Under the pieces are notes generated by a model, which saw nothing but the letters and a program-made list of their open reading frames with translations, had not been told where the DNA came from and did not search any database. A DNA stretch of 64,000 nt from an uncultured Methanosarcinales archaeon (GTDB lineage: Archaea; Nanobdellota; Nanobdellia; Woesearchaeales; JABMPP01): contig CAZSAD010000004.1 in the NCBI GenBank assembly GCA_964604995.1, forward strand, positions 1,800 through 65,799, read 5' to 3'. A program made the position numbers and the translations under genes. Below, piece by piece: positions 59,130 to 64,000 of this stretch. The stretch's first letter is position 1. Each line of letters starts with the position of its first letter.

Positions 59130-59315
59130 TTGTTGCATTATCTAATATTTAAATATTACGATACTGCATTATATATTTCTGAAAAATATTTTTAGAAAAA
59201 ATTCTTTTCATAACCTATTTTCAAAAATAATTAAATTTTATCATTAAAACTTTCATTTTATTTTTTATCTTGTAAATATATTCAAAAAAAGATTAAAAAA
59301 AGATTTATTTTATAA

Positions 59316-59666
59316 ATGATAATTATTTTAGCTAAAAATACAATGGTAAGTTTACACTTAAACGAACAAAACTTCGATAAAGAAGTATTAAAATCTGATA
59401 TTCCAGTTATTGTTGATTTCTGGGCAGAATGGTGTGGACCATGCAAAATGATGGGTCCAGTTTTTGACGAACTAGGAAAAGATTACACTGGTAAAATAAA
59501 ATTTGCCAAATTGAATGTAGATGAAAATAACAAACTTTCCGAACAATTTGAAGTAAGAAGTATTCCTACACTTGTTGTTTTCAAGAATGGCAAAGAGATG
59601 GATAGAATGATGGGATATCATCCAAAACATGTCTTAAAAGAACAAGTTGATAAATTCTTGAAATAA
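59316..59666 (+). CDS. trxA: Thioredoxin
   Basis: WAEWCGPCK active site and thioredoxin fold length. Real start is probably the Met at 59343. Confidence 0.8.
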   Translation: MIIILAKNTMVSLHLNEQNFDKEVLKSDIPVIVDFWAEWCGPCKMMGPVFDELGKDYTGKIKFAKLNVDENNKLSEQFEVRSIPTLVVFKNGKEMDRMMGYHPKHVLKEQVDKFLK

Positions 59667-59691
59667 ATATTATTAATTCATTAATTTTTTA

Positions 59692-60396
59692 TTAAATTTT
59701 TAATTCTAATTTTTTTAAATCAAATAATAATTGATTATAATTTTTGAAATGTATAGTATACATTCCTATTTTTGAAGCAGGTCTAAGATTGGGTAATTTA
59801 TCGTCTACAAAAATACAATTTTTTGGATTTTTATTTATTTTTAAACAAACATAACGATAAATTTTTGTTTGCTTAGTAGAAATTTTCATTTCCCCATCCA
59901 TACAATAAGGTTTTGCCATATGAATTCTATTTGAACAAAAAACTTTATCGAAGTTATCAAATAATCCTTGTTTTCTATTATAATTTTCATGCATAGCTAT
60001 TGTATTTGTTAATGCATAAATTGGGAATTTTTTTCTAAGAGCTTTTACAAGAGAAATCATTTTTTTATCAAGAAAAACATGTTTAATGTAAAGATCTCTA
60101 AAAAGATTTTTTAATTTTTCATGATACTTTTTATTAAGTTTAAGTTCATTACATAATTTAATTGAAAATTCAATGCTAGTGATCTTTCCCTCTACTAAAA
60201 GGGTTATAAATTTTTGAATAGCATTTTTAATTTTGTTTTTATTCATTTTAAGGATTTGAGAAAGATCTTCAAGAATTAATGGATCAGTATCTTTAACAAA
60301 AACTCCCCCTAAATCAAAAATAATAGCTTTTATCTTTATTTTTTTATTTTTAAACATGAGTTTTAAAGTATGAGTTTTTAATGTGTTAATTGACAT
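59692..60396 (-). CDS. HAD-like hydrolase (YihX-like subfamily)
   Basis: N-terminal AIIFDLGGVFV motif I variant. 234 aa. Confidence 0.45.
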   Translation of the reverse strand: MSINTLKTHTLKLMFKNKKIKIKAIIFDLGGVFVKDTDPLILEDLSQILKMNKNKIKNAIQKFITLLVEGKITSIEFSIKLCNELKLNKKYHEKLKNLFRDLYIKHVFLDKKMISLVKALRKKFPIYALTNTIAMHENYNRKQGLFDNFDKVFCSNRIHMAKPYCMDGEMKISTKQTKIYRYVCLKINKNPKNCIFVDDKLPNLRPASKIGMYTIHFKNYNQLLFDLKKLELKI

Positions 60397-60729
60397 AATA
60401 GTTTAAAATTGATACAACTATAATTATTTTCCTATTTGTTTTTATTTATATTACACCAATATTACACTAGACACTAGACATATTAGTGCTTGAAGTATTT
60501 AAAGGAAATTGAACACTTTAATTCTAGAAAAAATAAGGTAGAGTATCTTCATCCCCTCTTTACTCTGCCTTACTTTTTTACCCGATCAAGGTTTTACCCA
60601 ATCAAAAATTTCAACAAAAAAGGTGATGACTATGAATGATTTAAGTAATGAAACAATAAGCAGATTGTTTTTTGAACAAATAAAAAATATAACAATGAAA
60701 ACTGCAATTGATATAAAGAGGTGAATTTG

Positions 60730-60858
60730 ATGAAAACAATAAATGAAGAAGAAATCGACTTTGATATCTACACCGAAAATATTGTTGAAGATTATTTAGA
60801 CGAAGATGAAATAAGTGCAGCAGAAGAAGGATTTATGATAGGATATCTTGCTGAATAA
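60730..60858 (+). CDS. Small acidic ORF (42 aa)
   Basis: Hand translation gives MKTINEEEIDFDIYTENIVEDYLDEDEISAAEEGFMIGYLAE. Preceded by a possible RBS-like GAGGTG. Not in the ORF track. Confidence 0.2.
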   Translation: MKTINEEEIDFDIYTENIVEDYLDEDEISAAEEGFMIGYLAE

Positions 60859-61002
60859 ATTATTTTTTTATTTTTACATATTTCAATTATGAATTCTACA
60901 ATTTTTATTAACAACGAATAGATAATAAATAAAACTAAATGATTGATAATAATTTTAAAATTTTTCATAAGGTATTTAAACTAACTTAAGTTTGTATTAA
61001 TT

Positions 61003-61581
61003 ATGAAAATAATAACGAAAGAAGAATTCAAGCATACAAAGTTTGATTTTGGAAAAGAAATAAAAAAAGGTGCAGTGTTTATTCATCCAACTGATACAAT
61101 TTATGGCATAGGTTGTAATGCTAAAATTTCTGATTCTGTTAAAAAATTAAGAGAAATAAAAAAACAATTAGATAGACCACTTTCAGTAATTGTCCCTTCA
61201 AAAGAATGGATAAGACAAAATTGTGATTCACCAAATATAGTAGAAATGAGAAATTGGGTAAAAAAACTTCCAGGACCATATACTTTAATTTTAAAATTAA
61301 AAAATAAAAATGCAATATGTTCTGAAACAAATTTAAGCTCTGGAACAATAGGGATTAGAATGCCAGATCATTGGATTAGTGATATTGCAAAATCCTTAAA
61401 TGTTCCTTTGGTAACAACATCTGCCAATATTGCAGGCAAAGATTATATGACAACAATAGATGAATTAGATAGAAACATTGCACAAAAAATTGATTTCGTT
61501 ATTTATGAAGGAGAAAAACATGGTCATGCTTCAACTATAATTAATCTTTCTGGTGAAGAGCTCCAAGTTAGAGAAAGGTAA
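61003..61581 (+). CDS. tsaC: L-threonylcarbamoyladenylate synthase (YrdC/Sua5 family)
   Basis: GAVFIHPTDTIYGIGCNA YrdC signature. 192 aa, so YrdC-only with no Sua5 C-terminal domain. Confidence 0.7.
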   Translation: MKIITKEEFKHTKFDFGKEIKKGAVFIHPTDTIYGIGCNAKISDSVKKLREIKKQLDRPLSVIVPSKEWIRQNCDSPNIVEMRNWVKKLPGPYTLILKLKNKNAICSETNLSSGTIGIRMPDHWISDIAKSLNVPLVTTSANIAGKDYMTTIDELDRNIAQKIDFVIYEGEKHGHASTIINLSGEELQVRER

Positions 61582-61783
61582 TTAAATTATATATTTTAAA
61601 GAATATATTATACAAAATATATTTTTAATAGTATATATTTAAAAGTATATTTTGAAGCACATATTTATGAAATATAGTATAAATAAACAATCTAAATGAC
61701 ATGAGAATTTAATAATAAATAATATGGATTCCATTTAACATAACCTTTTTATTCTTCCTTTTTATTTATTATTCTGATACAAA

Positions 61784-62386
61784 ATGAAAATCTTAGCATC
61801 TGGTGATATTCACGGTGATATGACACTAGCTAAAAAACTAGCTGACAAAGCTGAAAAAGAAAATGTAGATTTAGTTATTCTTTGCGGAGATTTAACTTTA
61901 TTTGAACAGTCAACAAAAAACATAGTTGGCCCATTTATTAATAAAGGAAAAAAAGTTGTTTTGATTCCTGGCAATCATGAATCTGTTGCAACTGCAGATT
62001 TTTTAGCTGAACTTTATGGTGCAACAAATCTTCACGGTTATTCTATAAAATACAAAGATATTGGCTTTTTTGGTTGCGGTGGTGCAAATATTGGACCATA
62101 TCCTACTGAAGAATCCGAAATTTTAAGATTATTAGAAAAAGGCCATGAAGGAATTAAAGAACTCAAGAAAAAAATAATGGTAACACATGTTCATCCAGCT
62201 TATAGCACAATGGAAAAATTTAGTGAATTTGTTCCAGGAAGCAAAAGTGTTATGAAAGCTATAAAAAAATTTGAACCAGATATTCTTCTTTGTAGCCATG
62301 TACATGAAGCAGAAGGCATTGAAGAAAAAATTGGCAAGACAAGAGTTATTAATGTTGGTAAATCTGGAAAAATAATAAATATTTAA
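61784..62386 (+). CDS. Metallophosphoesterase (calcineurin-like)
   Basis: DIHGD, CGDL, GNHE, and HVH motifs. Confidence 0.55.
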   Translation: MKILASGDIHGDMTLAKKLADKAEKENVDLVILCGDLTLFEQSTKNIVGPFINKGKKVVLIPGNHESVATADFLAELYGATNLHGYSIKYKDIGFFGCGGANIGPYPTEESEILRLLEKGHEGIKELKKKIMVTHVHPAYSTMEKFSEFVPGSKSVMKAIKKFEPDILLCSHVHEAEGIEEKIGKTRVINVGKSGKIINI

Positions 62387-62426
62387 TTCTGTCAAAATTT
62401 AAATGATAAATAGGTATTAGAAGTAA

Positions 62427-62894
62427 TTAGTATAAAATAACCCCAGATTGGAATTTAGATCCTTTTGTATCTTTATCTTTTTTAGTACTCACTTTTTTAT
62501 CAGTTTCTTCTTTTGAATTATCAGTACTAAAAAATTCTTTTGACATTGCTCTACTTTCTTCCAATAACTTTTGAGCTATGCCATCTTGACCAGAAGGTAT
62601 TTTTTTTGAATTTGTGATTGGATTGTCATTCTCATCTAATATTACTATTTTGGGTTGATCTGATAAATCACTAAATGAATCATTAAAAGTAGAAGTATTA
62701 GTTGTATCAATTTTAGTTTTTGTATCTAAATTAGTTTCATCCAAATTAGAATCTTGCTTTACAATTTCATTATAATTAATTGAATTTGAATCATTGCTAG
62801 AAGTGTTATCATCACTAACTAAACTCAAAAGTAGATTAGCTATCTTTTTTATTTCCTGCACTGAATCTTTAGCTGTGTCAACTGTAATTTGCAT
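62427..62894 (-). CDS. Hypothetical low-complexity acidic protein
   Basis: 155 aa rich in Asn, Ser, Asp and Thr. Confidence 0.25.
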   Translation of the reverse strand: MQITVDTAKDSVQEIKKIANLLLSLVSDDNTSSNDSNSINYNEIVKQDSNLDETNLDTKTKIDTTNTSTFNDSFSDLSDQPKIVILDENDNPITNSKKIPSGQDGIAQKLLEESRAMSKEFFSTDNSKEETDKKVSTKKDKDTKGSKFQSGVILY

Positions 62895-63001
62895 TTAATT
62901 CCCATCTCTTTTCTAATTTAAATAATTTACTTTTAAATAATTTACTTAAAGTGAATTAATTATTAATTATGCTAAATTGATTATTTTATTCTTGACTATT
63001 T

Positions 63002-64000
63002 TTATTCATATCTTAATGCTTCAACTGGCTGCAATGATGATGCTTGTTTTGCAGGTAATATACCAGATATCATTCCAAGAATTGTTGCAAATGCTAAAGC
63101 TCCAAAAATAAGCCATGCTGGAAAATATGCTTTAAGAAGCGTGCTTCCAAGAGCAGCTCCACCAATTATTTCAACTAATTTACTAATGCCACTTCCAATT
63201 AGAATGCCAATTATTCCACCTGTAAATCCTAAAATTCCAGCTTCAATTACAAAAATTGTCATGATATCTGAATTTTTAGCTCCAATTGCTTTCATGATTC
63301 CAATCTCTTTTGTTCTTTCAAGAACTGCAGTATACATCGTATTCATTATTCCAATTGCTCCGACAAGTAAACTTATTGCTGCAATACCTATTACAACTGC
63401 TTGTACAATGTTAAAAATTATTAAGAAACTTTGCAAAATTTCATCGAAAGTTTTTACTTCAAAATCTTCTTGCCCTTCTTTAACATCTCTTGATCTTCGA
63501 AGTTCTCTTTCAATTTCAGGCACAATTGATTTAGGTTCAACTTCCAAAGCAACCCTTACAAGAACCATATCATACTCTTCTTTTAGGTTAAATAAAGTTT
63601 TAACTTCTTCTTTAGACATGTAAATATTACCATCATCAACTGGACTTCCAATTTTTTCTGCAAAACCTACAATTTGAAAATCTGCTCCATTGATTGTTAC
63701 AGTTTCGCCAAGTCTTAAATTTTTGTCAAAGATTTTATCATATTTATAACTATAACCAAGTACAACTTTGCCTTTCTCTCCTCTTCTTAAATCTCTACCG
63801 GATTCTATTTTATAAGTTTGCAACTCTTTGATTAATTTTTGTTCTTCATAATCATCCGGAATTGCATTTATCAAAAAGAATGCTTGCTTATCTTTGTATT
63901 CGATTTTAGCAACAGGATAAAGCATACCAGTAACTACTTTAACATTATTTATTTGTCTAATTTTATTTAGATCTTGTTCAGTTAATTTAGTAGGAGTTGT
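63002..64000 (-). CDS. FtsX/MacB-like ABC transporter permease (5'-partial; continues beyond window end)
   Basis: C-terminal 4-TM FtsX-like domain. The reading frame stays open upstream of the annotated Met through position 64000. Confidence 0.6.
   Translation of the reverse strand, partial: TTPTKLTEQDLNKIRQINNVKVVTGMLYPVAKIEYKDKQAFFLINAIPDDYEEQKLIKELQTYKIESGRDLRRGEKGKVVLGYSYKYDKIFDKNLRLGETVTINGADFQIVGFAEKIGSPVDDGNIYMSKEEVKTLFNLKEEYDMVLVRVALEVEPKSIVPEIERELRRSRDVKEGQEDFEVKTFDEILQSFLIIFNIVQAVVIGIAAISLLVGAIGIMNTMYTAVLERTKEIGIMKAIGAKNSDIMTIFVIEAGILGFTGGIIGILIGSGISKLVEIIGGAALGSTLLKAYFPAWLIFGALAFATILGMISGILPAKQASSLQPVEALRYE

Noticed and set aside
58771-59315. Cobalamin riboswitch upstream of the B12-dependent RNR.
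   Set aside because: No B12-box-like conserved core or paired regions were recognisable. B12 riboswitches typically repress B12-independent isozymes, not class II RNR.
1-64000. CRISPR arrays, transposases, integrases, prophage blocks, rRNA and tRNA genes.
   Set aside because: No regularly spaced 25-40-bp repeats were seen. No DDE, serine or tyrosine recombinase motifs appear in any ORF. No GC-rich structured-RNA islands with tRNA-like folds or rRNA-like conserved segments were found in the intergenic regions examined.

Overview
This is a very AT-rich (about 30% GC) chromosomal segment that looks archaeal. It carries the archaeal/eukaryal ribosomal proteins S19e, L31e and L39e, a PDCD5-like gene within that operon, and SepF, ZPR1, NurA and a PIN-ATPase-KH protein. 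Several genes are bacterial-type: a GreA-like factor, MetK, and candidate NrdR-like boxes. The window is densely packed with housekeeping genes. They include a complete arginine biosynthesis operon (argJ, an apparent argB-argD fusion, argC, argG, argF, argH) and a proline operon (proC-proA-proB). There is also a dNTP-metabolism neighbourhood: dUTPase, two thymidylate-kinase-like genes, a SAMHD1-type HD dNTPase, a short class II ribonucleotide reductase (RNR) and a Lrp regulator. A second, large class II RNR sits further on and is divergently paired with thioredoxin. Other calls are topoisomerase I, glutamate dehydrogenase, CorA, a MoxR-VWA pair, a transglutaminase-like membrane protein and three paralogous metallophosphoesterases. 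I found no tRNA or rRNA genes, CRISPR arrays, transposases or integrases. The most unusual items are the ArgB-ArgD fusion, a radical-SAM ORF flanked by ~40-bp imperfect direct repeats next to metK, and a tandem pair of NrdR-box-like palindromes in the 545-bp spacer between nrdJ and trx. There are also several intergenic direct repeats, degenerate helicase and kinase genes, and a 709-aa ORF with no recognisable motif. All functional calls are from motif-level reading of the translations. None could be confirmed by database search.
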